Below are positions 11,431 to 24,545 of a DNA stretch of 64,000 nucleotides, piece by piece; position 1 is the stretch's first letter; each line of letters begins with the position of its first letter. The stretch is from Lama guanicoe (Eukaryota). The position numbers were made by a program, and so were the translations under genes. The notes beneath the pieces are model-generated. The model did no database searches. It worked only from the letters and a program-made list of their open reading frames with translations, and had not been told where the DNA came from. The stretch covers positions 4,733,957-4,797,956 of the forward strand of contig MU053881.1 in the NCBI GenBank assembly GCA_013239625.1, in the 5' to 3' direction.

Positions 11431-14400
11431 AGGAGCTTTTATCCTGCCTCCATAAGCTCTCCTTTCCCTTAGAAGGTCCAATTTACCTTCTCTAATGTGA
11501 ACACCCTCCCAGAGAAAATGCAAAACAAATGTCAAAACTTTGATCAGCTAAACACCTTTATACCAAAAGTAAGGAAATAGGAACGTACTTACTGGAGGAC
11601 TTGCAATTCAGTGATAAACCCAGGCCATCTCATTCCTTAAAAAACACCCCATCTATAGGATCTTAAATTCTGCGGAATAGTAAATAAAGCACGTGGGTAC
11701 ACAGTTGCTCCTAACACAATAGCTCCTGAAGGCTGCAATGGCCCTTCCTTGGAGACTTAGAGCAGAAAGCAAGCTCTGAGCTAAGCAGCCCAGTAGAAGT
11801 CATAGCACTGTTAGTCCTTACACCAGTGACTCACTGGGCCAAATCAGTACAATTTTATGAACTTTTGCCCCTGAGTTTGTGCCACGGCTTCCCCCAGCTA
11901 TGTCACTAAACAGGCCACTCCCCACCCCACCGCTTAGACCACGGAGGACTACCACCATCACCTGTCACTTTCCACTTGGTTATGAGGCTGGGCATCTTGC
12001 AACACACCCCGGGTGCAGTGTTAAGATTTGTAAGATTTACCGTGAATCTCCACAGGCAGCTCTTGCCAAGAGCAAACTAATGTTGCCTTTTCTTTGAGTT
12101 AGATGAATGCCTGATAAAATATTTTCTCTGCCTCCAAATACTCGTAAAGAAACAAAGTAACAATAGAATCCATGACAATAGCAATAACATGACTACAGTT
12201 TTCTGGGTGGGCCAGGCCCTTGGCCAAGGACTTCACCAGAGTAGCGCATTTGCCTCTCACAGCAGTGCTACAAGACAGAGAACACAGTCCCCACTTAACA
12301 GAGGGAGCAAGTGAAGCTAGAGGTTGAAGATCTTGCTCTGAGGTTTGTTTCCAACTTCGGAATTGGTGATTCTGAAGCCCGTTGTCAGGAACAGACCTCC
12401 AACCTCTTTGCTGCGGGCCTGCGTTCTCCCCCACTAGACCTGCAAAGGGCTCATTGTTCTCCAAATGTGGCAGGATTTTCCCCTTTTCTCAAAAATACCC
12501 CCATTACACAAGCAGAGCACTGTGACATTTCCCTCCTTCAAGGTGCCCTGGGAAAAGGCAGCCACCCCGTTGCTGAGAAACTCATGAAGTTCCTTTGTCC
12601 TCAGTCCACTGTCACCCATTAGAGTTTGTTGGCCTCAAGAATGGATGATGGGGCACTTGTTTTCAAGTCTATAATAACATTCCTGGAGCCCAGAAGACTT
12701 TGCATTTTTGGAGAAAATCTTCTTTGGGAAAACTAAAGGTCTTGACATTTTCTGCCACCCCACCCCCCACCCCTTGAATCTAAGAAGAGGTAAGGCCTGT
12801 GACTTTCTGGTGCCTCCTCCATGGAAGCAAGGTCTGTGAGGCCACGAGCCCCTTACTTCTAAAGGCCACCTCATATCATTTACAGCCAACACACAGCCCC
12901 CACAGCAGCCTGCCCTGGAAATGCAGGTAGTCCACCCCAGAAGGAAACCTGGGCCTCTTTCTTAAACACTCAGTGTGGCTGCGTGCAAGTCCCCTCACCT
13001 TCTGCCCAGCCAGCCCCTCCACCTCCCCACTACCTTCCTTTCTGAAGCCACAACTACACAGTGTGTCAACTAATGCTTCAAACTGAACTGACTGAGTTTC
13101 TTGGGGTTTTTAACTATTTTAAACTGATTTGGGCACAAAAGACCCCATCCGCCCCCAGATATCAAGAAGACCTTTTACGAATGTGTGGCATCAGCCACAG
13201 CTAAGAAAATGAAAACTGAATTTGCACTTCACTCTAGACAGAAGGGAAGTCAGTCACCCCAGAATCCACATCACCCCATCCCTTGATCCTGCTCCTCACC
13301 CAAAGTGGCTTCCTTCTAGCTTGGCTGCCCTCTGCTTCCCTCACCCCTTCCTGCCCGCTTTCTCCCTGTCAACTGCTTGGCCACCACACGCCCTGTCACT
13401 GGGTGCTGGCAGCCTCCAGGCACGTCCCCCTCCAAGTATTTTTAAAAACCCTTTAGCCTTGCTGACGCCCAGTGGAGAGAGCTGGGCTTTGTCATTAGAC
13501 ACGGGCTGAGCTTGCAGCCTCGGAAGGCACCGTGCCAGCTCGGAACACGGCTCAGATTAACACACACCCCTCCCCGCGGGTCACAGCTCTCTCCTCGGCA
13601 GAGAGCGCCAAGGGCAGAAGAGAGCGTGGGCTGGTCCAGCCTTCTGGGATCCGCCTTGGGGTTCTGAGAGCTCATCTGGCGGGCAGGACGCCCTGGCGAA
13701 GGAGGCCAAGAGGCCGTCCGTCCGTGCATTCCCAAGAGGGCCCTCCCCTCCTGCCTCTGGGGGAAACTGGAAGAAGGAGCATCGGGTTTAGTGTCCCAAA
13801 AAGAGAGATGCTCAGTCTCTGCAACTGCAGTTTGCTTATCCGGCCCCAGCGGGTGGCAGGTACAATCAGGTGCTAACATCCTGATGCTGCTGGAGCAGAT
13901 ATACCAAGTAAACTTGAACTCCCCAAGGCAGTCGGTTGCTAGTTTTCAAAAGAAGGAAACAGACAGGCCCTGAGCGTTTCCCTTGTGTGGCCCGTGCCCT
14001 CCTCTCTCAGCTCCAGCCTCAGGTTGTCACTGTCCTCGTCACTGTTAGGGGCCAACCTCAGAGGGTGGAAGCGCCCTGCCCATCAGCCATGCCCAGTCTC
14101 TCTGACTCTGAAGGCATCAAGTAGGCCTTAAAAGGCAGCCTGATCTCTATCAGCCAGAACATTCCTCCCTTCTGCTCGCAGCCCAGCCCCAGGCCTTCCT
14201 GGCCCAGAAGCTTCCCAAAGCCGCTTTCTCCCTGCCACCCCCGCCTTGTCTCCATTTTTATATCTGTGAAATGAGGGCAGTTCACTCAATTACAACTTGA
14301 GGACTAATTCATACAAATGGCAGTAAACTATTTCACAAGTCTTACAACACAATCTGCTCCTCCTGCTTGGCAACAACTGCCAACTTGCAGAGAAAAGATT

Positions 14401-15472
14401 AAATGGGCGATAATGCAGCCACCCAGGTGGTCCAGGCTCACAGAGAGAGAAAGGCTTTCTTATAAATGATCTCACCTTCCAGAGTGAGTTCCCTGCCCAC
14501 GGGGGTGACCCAGGGCTTCGAAGTGCATGGTCAGAAGCAGGCACACTGCACACACCTCCCACCCCCAGGAGAAAGGCTTGCATGATGTGGCTCGTCCTCC
14601 TCCAGCACTTGTCCTACAGAGCTACCCCAGGCAGCTCAGATGGCCTGAATAACAGGCTCTCTCCCCTTGGGAACCGAGCATGCTTATTTCACAGACAGCT
14701 GGCTCTCGGTCCAAGCACGTCGGCCCCCCGTGGCCAGCCGTCTCCTCCAGCCTCTCCTACCGAGAAAGGGAAGAGCTCCATGGGAATCCATGTACCCCTA
14801 CCCTTCACTGCCTATTCCAGACTCCTCCAGATAAGGAGGAACATGCACCCAGGAACTTCCCAAAATGCCCTTCATCAACCCCAAGCCCAAACCAGGGGCA
14901 AACACAGACATGGGAAGAAAGGTTTCTTGGGAACCTCAGTTCAAAAAGGCTCCCCTGGGAGAAGGACATCCAGTGCAAAGCTAGCCAACCTCACTTCCCT
15001 GCCTTAAAGACTCCCCCGTGTAGCATTTAAGGCTCCTCACCATTTGCCTAAGTATTATTCTACTGGCTCCAAGACCCATCTCCTGTCCAGCTAAAATCCT
15101 CCTAGCTGGCATTCCCTGAACAGCCCGGAGCTCTCCTGCCCTCCTCTCACGCACACAGCTGTCCCACCTGGCCTTCCTGCCCTGCCTCCCCGGAGGTTCT
15201 TCCTAGGCATTCATCATGGGCACCTGAGAATTGGCACTGGCCCTTTCGCTGTGGCGGGCTCTCTCCTTGGAAGCCTGGAACATAATGGCCAGCCAGACCA
15301 ATGTCACTTGAGACCAGTATTCCACAGAATATGGGTAAAGGCTTGATAGTAATTCCAGAAAGATCTTTCACCAAGCCAAGCACTGGCCACGTCTCTTCCC
15401 TGGTAGGGGCACTGCCCTCGGCAGCCCACTCGGGACATGCTCCATCCTCGGTATCTGTGTCTCAATTTCTAG

Positions 15473-15875
15473 ACCTTACGTGGACCTGGCGAACCTGCTG
15501 CTGACCTGCGGCGAGGAGGTGAAGGAGGCCATCACCCACAGCGTGCAGGCTCAGTGCGAGCAGAGCTGGGGCAGCCTGTGCTCCATATTGAGCTTCTGCA
15601 CCTCGGCCATCCAGAGGCCCCCCACGGTGCCTCCTGAGCGCCAGCTCCAGGGGGACAGAGCCAAGCCTTCCAGGGCCCACCACGGGGAAGCGAGTCACCA
15701 CCTCTCGGAGCCCAGCAGTCGAGAGACAGGCCGAGGCGCCAAGGGCGAGCGAGGTAGCAAGAGCCATCCACACGCCCACGCCCGGGGCAGAGCGGCCGGC
15801 CACGGGGCCCAGGGAACTTCTGGAAGCAGCGAGTGGGAGGATGACCAGTCCGAGTATTCCGACATCCGGAGGTGA
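15473..15875 (+). CDS. STC2: Stanniocalcin-2, coding exon 4 (aa 169-302 and stop)
   Basis: Acceptor ...tttctAG at 15471-15472; encodes PYVDLANLLLTCGEEVKEAITHSVQAQCEQSWGSLCSILSFCTS...HHGEASHH...SEWEDDQSEYSDIRR then TGA; spliced CDS 151+143+212+403=909 nt, 302 aa, the STC2 length. Confidence 0.98.
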
Positions 15876-16589
15876 AATGAAAGGCCCGGCCGGGAAGTCT
15901 TTCCTCCATGCCGTCCATTTTCTTCTCTATGGACATTCCAAAACATTTGCCATTAAAGAGGGGGGATGTCACACACAGGATTTGATGGGGATTGCGGACT
16001 TGACGAAGGTGTATGTTAGCGACACGAACAGGTGAGGCAGAGGCTCCCTGGGCAGCAGCGAGGGCTCGGTTGTGCCCGGCGGGTCCCACCCCTGCACATC
16101 CTAACGTGAGGGAGCTCCCGGCCTCCCTGCAACTTTGCCTTCTTTCCATCCGTGGAGCCTCTGGGCGGCGGCCTGCGGTTTACTCTGCTGTGGGAGGTGA
16201 CGGGGAGGGGCGGGGGTCAGCAGGCTCCCCGGGGGCTGGACTGGGCACTTGGTGCCGGCCCGCCCGCAGCTTCTGGTGCTGCCTTGGCGGAGGGCAGCAG
16301 GAATGGGTGTGAACATCTCCCTGGGAATCAGGAGAAGGGTGCAGAGGAAGCAGGGGGCTGTGTGGGTACTTGGTGCCAAACCGAAATCCAGTTTCTTGCA
16401 TGGGACCTTGCGGTTTGGAGTGACTTGGGACGGGGAGGGCGAGGGTTCAAAGTGTAATTTCTGAGCCATTGTTCTGTCTGGGGACCCTGTCCGAGGGAGT
16501 GGCCCCTATGTGTTTGCATTTTAACCACTGCTTCAAGTCTCAATTTCACTTTTTTATTTATCCAGTTCCATCTACATATCTGTCGTCTA

Positions 16590-16595
16590 AATAAA
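16590..16595 (+). terminator. Candidate proximal polyadenylation signal AATAAA
   Basis: AATAAA in an AT-rich block ~715 nt after the stop codon. Confidence 0.45.
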
Positions 16596-17334
16596 TAGCT
16601 TTCAAACAAAGCAACTGGGTCATTAAAACCAGCTCAAAGGAAAACAAAACAAAAACAACCCATCTTTGGGGGCTAAATTTTTTTTTAACTGCTATTTTAA
16701 AAGGACCCAAAGTGACGTAGCGGTACATCTGACTGCCTGACGTGGGCTGGCTGCCACTTAGGGCAGAGTCCACACCTGGAGGCAAACGCACAGGCAAAGA
16801 GGGCATTTGACAGACTTCCCTTCGCATTTCGTCGTCTCACCTTGACCCTCAGTCAAGATGGATAAAGCATCAGACCCTGGGTTCCGTGAGGCCACGTAAG
16901 AAAGCTGGCTTTCCTGTGCTAGATAATGGAAAAGGGGAACAGAGAATGACTGCTCAGTCATTTTCACCAGGGAATGCCGACCTTTCACATACATGGAGGC
17001 GACCTGCTGAAAATTGCTGAGAGACAAGATTTCCCAGATCTGAGTTGAAGAATTTAGCGATGAGGAAAGGAGTCGGAGTGGACAAAAGAAAGGCAGAGAG
17101 GAGAGGCAAAACTAAAAATACAAGGAGAGGAAGAAGAGGGTTAGAGCAGGAAGCATCAGCGGTGGAGGTCTTGGAGATCCTGCGGCCACCGAAAAAGTCT
17201 CAGAGACAAGAGAGCTTTTGTCTCCTTCCTAACAGGTCACAAAAGAAGGCTTCTCCTTTCTTGCAGCCGGTACTCACATAGGAGCCCAGTATTGCAAGGA
17301 GTGGACGGATGTTCTGGGCCAGGTCCTTCCAGAG

Positions 17335-17561
17335 CAAGGATCAGCAAACCTTTTCTATAAAGGGCCAGATAGCAAATACGCTATTTTCAGTCTGATGGTC
17401 TGTGTGGTTTCTGTTGCAACTACTCAACCCACCCTTTGTAGCATAAAAGCAGACCTACACAGACAACACGTAACGAATAGGCTTGGCTCCACTCACTTAA
17501 AATTGTATTTAACAGGCGCCCAGCTGGATTTGGCTCTTGGGCCTGAGTTTGCTGACTGCTG
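17335..17561. mobile_element. hAT-Charlie MITE (MER58-like) inside the STC2 3' UTR
   Basis: TIRs CAAGGATCAGCAAAC ... GTTTGCTGACTGCTG; degenerate 8-bp TSD TTCCAGAG / TTCGAGTG; internal AAAGGGCCAGATAG..GCAACTACTCAAC motif. Confidence 0.75.
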
Positions 17562-18697
17562 TTCGAGTGACTGGGCAAAAAAGTATGCATTCTCCATTTA
17601 TATCAGCTCTTAGCGCTCCCTCAGAGCAGCCCGAGGCCAGAGATAAAGCAGCTAAATTTATCTGCTGGAAAATGATTTGTTCCACCGAATGCCCTTACCC
17701 AAAGCACAGCTAGTGTTTATACACCCCAAATCCCATCTCATTGCTGCCAGGACATGGTGCTGGAGCGTCCTTCCCCCCATCCTTTCATGATCCGTGTTGC
17801 AAAGGAACCATTTGGGTGTTGGGGGAGGGGGCTGGAAGGCTGGGAGAAGCACCTAGAAAGAGCTGGAGCTGCAGAAGGCAGGGGAGGAGGACCGGTGTGT
17901 CTGGCTCTGCCATGGGAACCGAACACAAGCCCTGGCTGTCTCAAGCCACGCAGCACGTGGACTGTTTTCCTTCCATCACTCAAAAGCTGAAGCAATAACA
18001 TTCTCTCGCGTTGCTGGGTCAGCTGCTCACTTGTTCACCAGCTCCTGGGCTGGAGGGACGCGAGGCATCACTTTTATACTTTCCTCACTGTGGATGTTCT
18101 GCATGTTCGCCTACTGATGTCCCATTTGTTGCTTCTATTGTAAATATTTGTCATTTGTATTTATGATCTCAGTGTTTTTTTTCCCCCGAAGCGTAAAATG
18201 GCTTAGTCTGTTGATTTGAACCTCTTCCCTGATCTCAGTTGTAATATTTCTCATGCCACTGGTTTGTTTCTTCTCCCAAGTCAGGTAGAAAGCATTGCAT
18301 TCTGTTTCCTTTGGTTTGAAGCATCCAGTAGTATTTATTGCTAAGATTCTTCTGCTCAAAACTGAGGAAAGTCTGAATTCCTCTCAGCGTTGACAGAGGC
18401 GTTTGTACCATCTAAAAAGTAAGCAGAGTTGTCCTTAAAAACAGACCCTCAACTTGGGCTTCATAGCTTCATCCAAATTTACTCATGAGCCTTCCTTTGA
18501 GGAAGGATGTGGATTTCCAAATAAAGATACGATGTTTATTTTGAGCTTTGCATCTTAACAAGATGATCCAAACACCTCTTCTTTGTATCAATAAATAGCC
18601 CTGTTATTCTGAAATGAGAGGCCTGAGTGGAATGAAATGCCGACACTCAAAACTAAATAAATAGAAAACACCAGCCCAGAGCTGTGCTCACACTTTG

Positions 18698-18735
<38 letters not shown>
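18698..18735 (+). repeat. Compound (CA)n(GA)n microsatellite in the distal STC2 3' UTR
   Basis: ACACACACACAGAGAGAG... read directly. Confidence 0.95.
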
Positions 18736-18738
<3 letters not shown>

Positions 18739-18949
18739 AATTTAAACTTGAACCAAGCAAGGGAAAGGCTTCACTACACCAGCATGGAAAACAATGTGTC
18801 CCGGGCCCATTTCCTAAGGAAGAACAACCCTCGTGTGATCTCAGAGCTGGCACCACGTGAGCTTGCTAAGCCAGAATATCTGTTTCTGTTATGGATTTAG
18901 CCAGAAGGACCTGTACGTTGTCACATGGCATTCTCTTTTTCCAAGCATT

Positions 18950-18955
18950 AATAAA
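18950..18955 (+). terminator. Probable distal polyadenylation signal AATAAA of STC2
   Basis: Last of a cluster of AATAAA hexamers, with a TGTA element upstream (~18912) and T/GT-rich sequence downstream. Confidence 0.6.
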
Positions 18956-20194
18956 GGTTTTAAATAATTGACTTCCCCTTGAATGGCGTTATTGTCTGAG
19001 AGGGCTCTGGACGTCCAGGGCCGGGGGGATGGCTGTGAGCAAGTGGGCTCTGAGTCCATTTAAAATGCTGGATGTTTGGTTGATGGGGAAGGGCAGCCGG
19101 GAGGAAGGCCACCCTGGGCTTCTCCCCCATCACAGGGACTCTGTGCAGAACCCTGCCTGAGTCACCCAGACAAAGGGGAGAATGAGCACCTCACAGCTGG
19201 GCTGGAAGCACCAGCCCCGGGGCCATCGGGACTGTCCTCACAGCTCCCTCTGGTCTCCCCTTGGAGTCTCCCCTGCAGCCCTGCCACTCCCTTCTTTCAG
19301 ACTAAGCCTGCGGTAGACGCCACCAGCACAACAGCTCCGTCGCCCTGCAAGGGCAAGGAAGCCCATTGCTTCCTCCCCAAATCTTCCTCCCATGACACAG
19401 CAGAGGTGGAGTCCCTGTCTGACCACGGTTTACCCCAACATTGGGGTTCCCACAATTTGCTGGGTACCGTGCTAAGGCATTCTGCATACAGACCCCCATC
19501 CCCACTACATCCCACAAGTAGCAAATATCATCCCCGTTTTGCAGGTGAGGAAGCCAAGGTACAGAAAGGGAAAGCAACTTCTCCCAAACCACATGGCTAG
19601 TGAGTGGGGGAGGGGCTTTGGACCCCAACCCAGACCTGTGACTCTCAGCCCATGTGCTTTCCCCCAGGTCAGGTCTGGGTTCTCCACATTTGATTTATTT
19701 TTTCATTTAAACCAATCAGTATTATTCCAATTTTACACAGGGCTTGGAAAAAGAATAATTACACTCTTGTATTTACAGCACCTTGGAGGAGCCCCGCTTT
19801 AGAACATAAGGGGAAACTGATGCTCTCAGCTTTTCTCTCTGCAAAGCCTCAGATCTGGGTTCAGATGAAGGGAGAGCCCGAAGATCATGGAGTCTTCTCA
19901 TCGCTGTTCAGTGCATGGGGTCATTTTTGTCAAGGTGCTTCTCAAGTGTCCCTGAGGAGGGCACTTGGGGAGTGGCTGGCCTGAGTCTTCCCCCGCTAAG
20001 CTCACCCAGTGGCCAGCCCTGTCGGAGAAGTCAGGTTCCCCTGAACTCCTCCCCTCCCCCGTCATCTTCCTCATCGTGATAGCTACAGTTTCTCCTGGAT
20101 CTGTTCCGTGCTCCAGGAGCTGCCTGGCGCTTCACAGGTACTATCTCTGAGCCTCATTTTACATATGAAAAAACCGAGGCTCAAAGTCTTTCTC

Positions 20195-20262
20195 TTTTTT
20201 TTTTAAATGGAGCACTGGGGATTGAACCCAGGACCTTGTGCATGCTAAGCGCACGCTCTTCC
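20195..20262 (-). mobile_element. 5'-truncated Vic-1-like SINE, apparently inserted next to or into a MIR fragment
   Basis: polyT followed by GGGGATTGAACCCAGGACCTTGTGCATGCTAAGC (reverse complement of the SINE body). Confidence 0.75.
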
Positions 20263-21219
20263 CCCACCCCCATCAAAGGCTTCGTAATATCCCTAGAGCC
20301 TGTCACTAAGCTAGCGAGCTCCAGAGGGTGGCAGGGCTCACCCTGCTCTGTCTTACCACCGATCACTCCAGACGTAAAAATGTGGGTTAAATACCCCCCC
20401 GACTTCAGAAACGCAGCTGCCTCTCCCCAGCCCTCAGGACTGCTCCAATCCACCGGTTCAGGAATGATTAGGTTGTGGGAGGGTTAGATGTTCTTCCAAA
20501 TATGCTGGTATTTAAGCAAAGTTTCCAAAGGAAGCTGGAGCTGTGGATCCCGAAATCTGGAGACAGAAATCTGAATTTGTTCTAAAGTCAACAAAAGAGA
20601 AAGCCCACTACTGAGAGGGGGACAAGCCCAGCCAGAGAACAGGTTTCATGTGAAATTACTGGGGGGGGGGGGCGGAGACATGAAGAAAACAGCAAAGCAA
20701 GCCCTGGGCTAGGAGTCCTGCGTGGCTGCTTGCATAAGCAGTTTGGTTTTCATCACTCCCCAGAAAAAACGCACACTCGAAACTCACTCCCTAAAAAGAA
20801 CGGGGGAGGGAAAGAAAGCCAAGCACGAAGCAGGCCCCACCAGGATGAACCTTGCTGTCCCACAGAACTCAAGCCCCCTGGCACTCAAGGCTGTGCACCC
20901 AGCTACCACCCCTGCACGTCGGATCTGCCCGGACGAGCTAAAATCTGGGAGAGACAAGAGACGCTCCTCCGAGAATTCTCAGAGGCAGGGCAGTTGCTCA
21001 CAAGGCGCAGAGGACGATCAGCTAGTTCCATGTTCCACTGGAGGGTTTCCGGGGATTTTCATGGTTCTTAAAGCTAAGTGGGGGAAGGCACCCTAATGAG
21101 GAGGTGGGCAGCCGGCCTGCTCGCCCTCCCGAGTTTTGAAGGATCCTCAGCAGAGGACTAGGGGAGCCAAAGAGGGCTTCGTGCAGGGAGAATGACCAGG
21201 CCCTGAAATTCTGCCCTGG

Positions 21220-21620
21220 CTATTCGTTGTTATGGTAACAAACAAACCCCGAAACTTCATAGATTGAAACAATGATTTTATTTTGCTCACGATTTTGTGG
21301 ATCAGAAACTTAAGAAAGGGCTCTGCTGGGCGATGGGTCTCTTGTCCACATGGTGTCAGCTGCCTTCCCAGGTGATGGCCAGGCCCTTCCAGAGGGCGCC
21401 TCGGTGCTCCCTGCGCCCCCAATCCCGTTCTCTCTCTCCCGCTCCATGTGGCACCACGTCCCCTGAGGCCTCTCAAAGCATGGCTGTTGCAGGGTGGTTA
21501 GTCTCCCCACTTCCATGGAGACTGGCTTCCCCAAGAGAGGCTGGAGGATTTTACGGCACATTCTTCACATCGAAACTAGGGTTTTAAGTTCATCCTTGGA
21601 AATGAACATCAGGGCAGAGA
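21220..21620. mobile_element. MLT1-type (ERVL-MaLR) LTR remnant
   Basis: GTAACAAACAAACCCCGAAACTT...TTTATTTTGCTCACGATTTTGTGGATCAG. Confidence 0.6.
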
Positions 21621-23929
21621 CTGTCGCCTCTGCACATGGTTTCATGTCTCTCCAGCAGCCCCGCCAGGACACAGTGAGAATGAATGAATGAGTGAGACCT
21701 CTTGTCCAAAAGAGGGCCAGACTGTCAAATTGGGTAAGTTTTCATTCATCTTAACTCCTAAAGGAAAGAAATCCTTGTGTCTGTGTAAGGGGCATCGACA
21801 TGTCAGAGTCAGCAAGGGGGTGTCAGAATTAAAAATCCCCGGCAGGTCTAGTAATTTTGTAGTCAGGAGACAGAGAAACTATTGTCTTGCACCTGGTAAA
21901 TCTCTCTTTCTCTCTCTCTCTTTTTTTTTAAATAATTATGACTGAAAAAACAAATTTTTTTTTAAAATAATAATGACTGGTCCTGAGACCCTGGCAAACC
22001 AGTTAAACTTTCTAAGCCTGTTTCCTTGGCCACAAAAGAAGGAAACTAACAGCTGCCCTGCGTCCGTCGCAGTGGGTAGGGAGGAGAACATGACTGCAGC
22101 TGCATGAAAGCAACAACGCATAGGAGATGCTTTGAAGATGGCGGGCGCCATGTCAACGGTGGGTGTCGCTTCTCCTGGCCGTGTCCAAAGGCTTGAGCAG
22201 AAAGTCAAGAGCGCAGAAGGGACGAGCTGCCCCATCCTGTCCACGGTCCTGGAGGTCCTCTGAGGCAGGAACAGTGTCTTCCATGGCCACCACAGACAGG
22301 TCAGCCCCAGAATGTGAGCCAGACACAAGGGGACAGAGCGTAACCAGGCGGACACCCTCTCCAGGGTGGGAGAGCAGCCCCTGAGTGGCCCCGAGGCCGT
22401 GCTGGGGAGCTGAGCGCCTTCCTGCCAGGCTCGCACCCAGCAAACCTCAAGGCAAGGGGCCCACAGAAAAGCCAGTTTGTAAACTCCTTCATGAGAAAGG
22501 AAAGCAGAGACTGACAGGGACGAAGGAGAAAAGAGATTCGGGGCCAGAGCCCACTCCACCGGGTGCCAAGGTTCCTGAGAGTTTGACATTTGGAAAAGAT
22601 CTGGCCTGGAGGAGCCAAGGATTCGGGACAGGGCTCCTTCCGGCTCCCGGCACTGTCACGAAGAGGAGGAGGAGGAGGAAAATGACTCAGCTGAAATGAA
22701 GAGAAATTTATTTTTAAAAAGGGAAACAATGAAAGGCACAAGGGAATGAGATGGAGCCCAGGACAGGGTCCAAACGCCTTCTCCGAGGGAGCGGGGCAAG
22801 CCCGTAAAACACCAGCGAGCTCCTTCGGGTTTCCAGACCAAGAATAACACCTCGAAACTGAAGGGCATCTTGCCAGGCCAGCCGCTCTCCGAGCCCTCCA
22901 GGTCCATGGTGCCCACCTCCGTGGGAGAGATGCTGGGAGTGTCGGCACAGAAGCTTCTCCACGCTCTTAATTCTGAAGATGGGGGCAGAACAGAGGAGTT
23001 AGGTAGAACCTCATCTCACACTCAGGCTCACCCTCACCTAGCAGGGCGAGGCGGGGAGGAGGGTCCACATGCCCCACGACTCCTCCCTGCCAGGTGCTCC
23101 ATTCCATCCACAGAACACTCACGGGGTCATGACGGAAGAGGGTGGGAGCAGGCTCCCTCCCCAGAAGCTGACACAACTCGATCCCTCTCTGCAACAGCCA
23201 AGGTCAGATGACCCTTCAAGTGTCAATGGAGAAGAACTGTGATAATGAAAACAGATGTGAGAATAAAGTGAAGCCACCGCCTGGGCTCCGCTCTCCCTCC
23301 CCCAGGGCATCCGGGGGGATGGGTTCACGCCGGGGTCCACCTCCTCCCTGCACGGAGCTCACACTTCTAGAAGAGGGGAGATTAGGAAGAGAAGGTCAGC
23401 CAGCATGGCCCAAGGACTGTGAACCCCTCACACAAGTGTGTCAACCCTGTTGGCCTTTCTCTTACCCAGAGCCTCCCGTCCCTGGGAAAACCACCAACGT
23501 ATGTCCTCCGGGGAGGGTGCAGAGCAGGGAGGCCAGCCTGGTGGGGGGCACAAGGACGGATGCAGAGGGGGCCCCAGGAGGAGACCGGCTGGCCAAACCC
23601 CACTGTCCCAACTTGTCCGGAAGCAGGTGGGGTGGGAAGCCTGCCCCCAACCCCTTCTAACAGAAAACAGGAAGCCAGCAGGGAATTCCTGGCCCTCGAG
23701 ACCCGGTCATCCCAGCACCTCCGAGAGGAGGAGCTGCCCCTCTGGGCCATTCGAACGGCTGCCAGCACCTGGCAGGCGGGCTTCCAGCCTCCAGTGAATG
23801 TAGCTACTGGGAGGAATGTCAGCAGACAACACAAACGATCTCCGCTGTCCGCCCAGCAGAACAGATCCAATTCAGAACAACGGACAACCCCAGGTGCTGC
23901 TGGGGCAGTGAAGCGACTGGCCCCTCATA

Positions 23930-24545
23930 CATTGCTCGTGGTTCACAAATGGCACCACCACTTTGGGAAACTCTTGGGCAGTTTTTTATAAAGTGAAACA
24001 TGTACCCATCCTATGGCCCAGAAACCCCACTCCTGGGAGTGTGTCCAGAGACATGAATACACAGAGCCACAAAAATACCAGTACAAGAATGCTGAGTAGC
24101 TTTATGCACAATAGCCAAAAACTAGAACCAGCCCAAAGGTCCACCAAATAGCAGACGGATCAACCAAGTACGATACTTCCATCCTAGGAGCACGAGTTGG
24201 CAGTCACGAGGAACGAACGACTGACATGTACAACCACGTGGATGAATCTCAAAAATGGGACAAAGGGAAGAGGCCAGACAGGAAAGAATACATGCCGTAT
24301 GCCGTATGTGTCTACTGACATTCGGTTCAAACACAGGGAAAAGGAATCCATGGGGTCAGAATTCAAAATAGGGGTTATGTCTGGGGGACAGGGACAGACA
24401 GGTATCAACTGACAGGGACACAAGGGAATTTCTGGGGTCACAGACATGTCCTGGTGTCACAGGCATATCATATGTAAAAGTCATTAAGCTGGGCGCCTAA
24501 GATGTATTTTACTACGTGGAATTTATTCCTCAATAAAGTACTACA
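23930..24545 (+). mobile_element. L1M 3' fragment
   Basis: CACTTTGGGAAACTCTTGGGCAG..., CCCCACTCCTGGGAG, AATAGCCAAAAACTAGAA, ends TTATTCCTCAATAAAG. Confidence 0.75.

Larger units (their letters stand above)
15876..18975 (+). other. STC2: STC2 3' UTR (long form, end approximate)
   Basis: Follows stop; AATAAA at 16590, 18520, 18590, 18656 and 18950; the end is inferred from the last hexamer. Confidence 0.7.

Noticed and set aside
15873..15881. Stop-codon readthrough or selenocysteine at the STC2 TGA
   Set aside because: Context is TGA-AAT, not TGA-CTAG; the protein ends at the usual DIRR terminus; no SECIS recognised
21936..23991. Several 150-217 aa ORFs downstream of STC2
   Set aside because: Overlapping on both strands, mostly non-ATG starts, no splice structure or protein family resemblance
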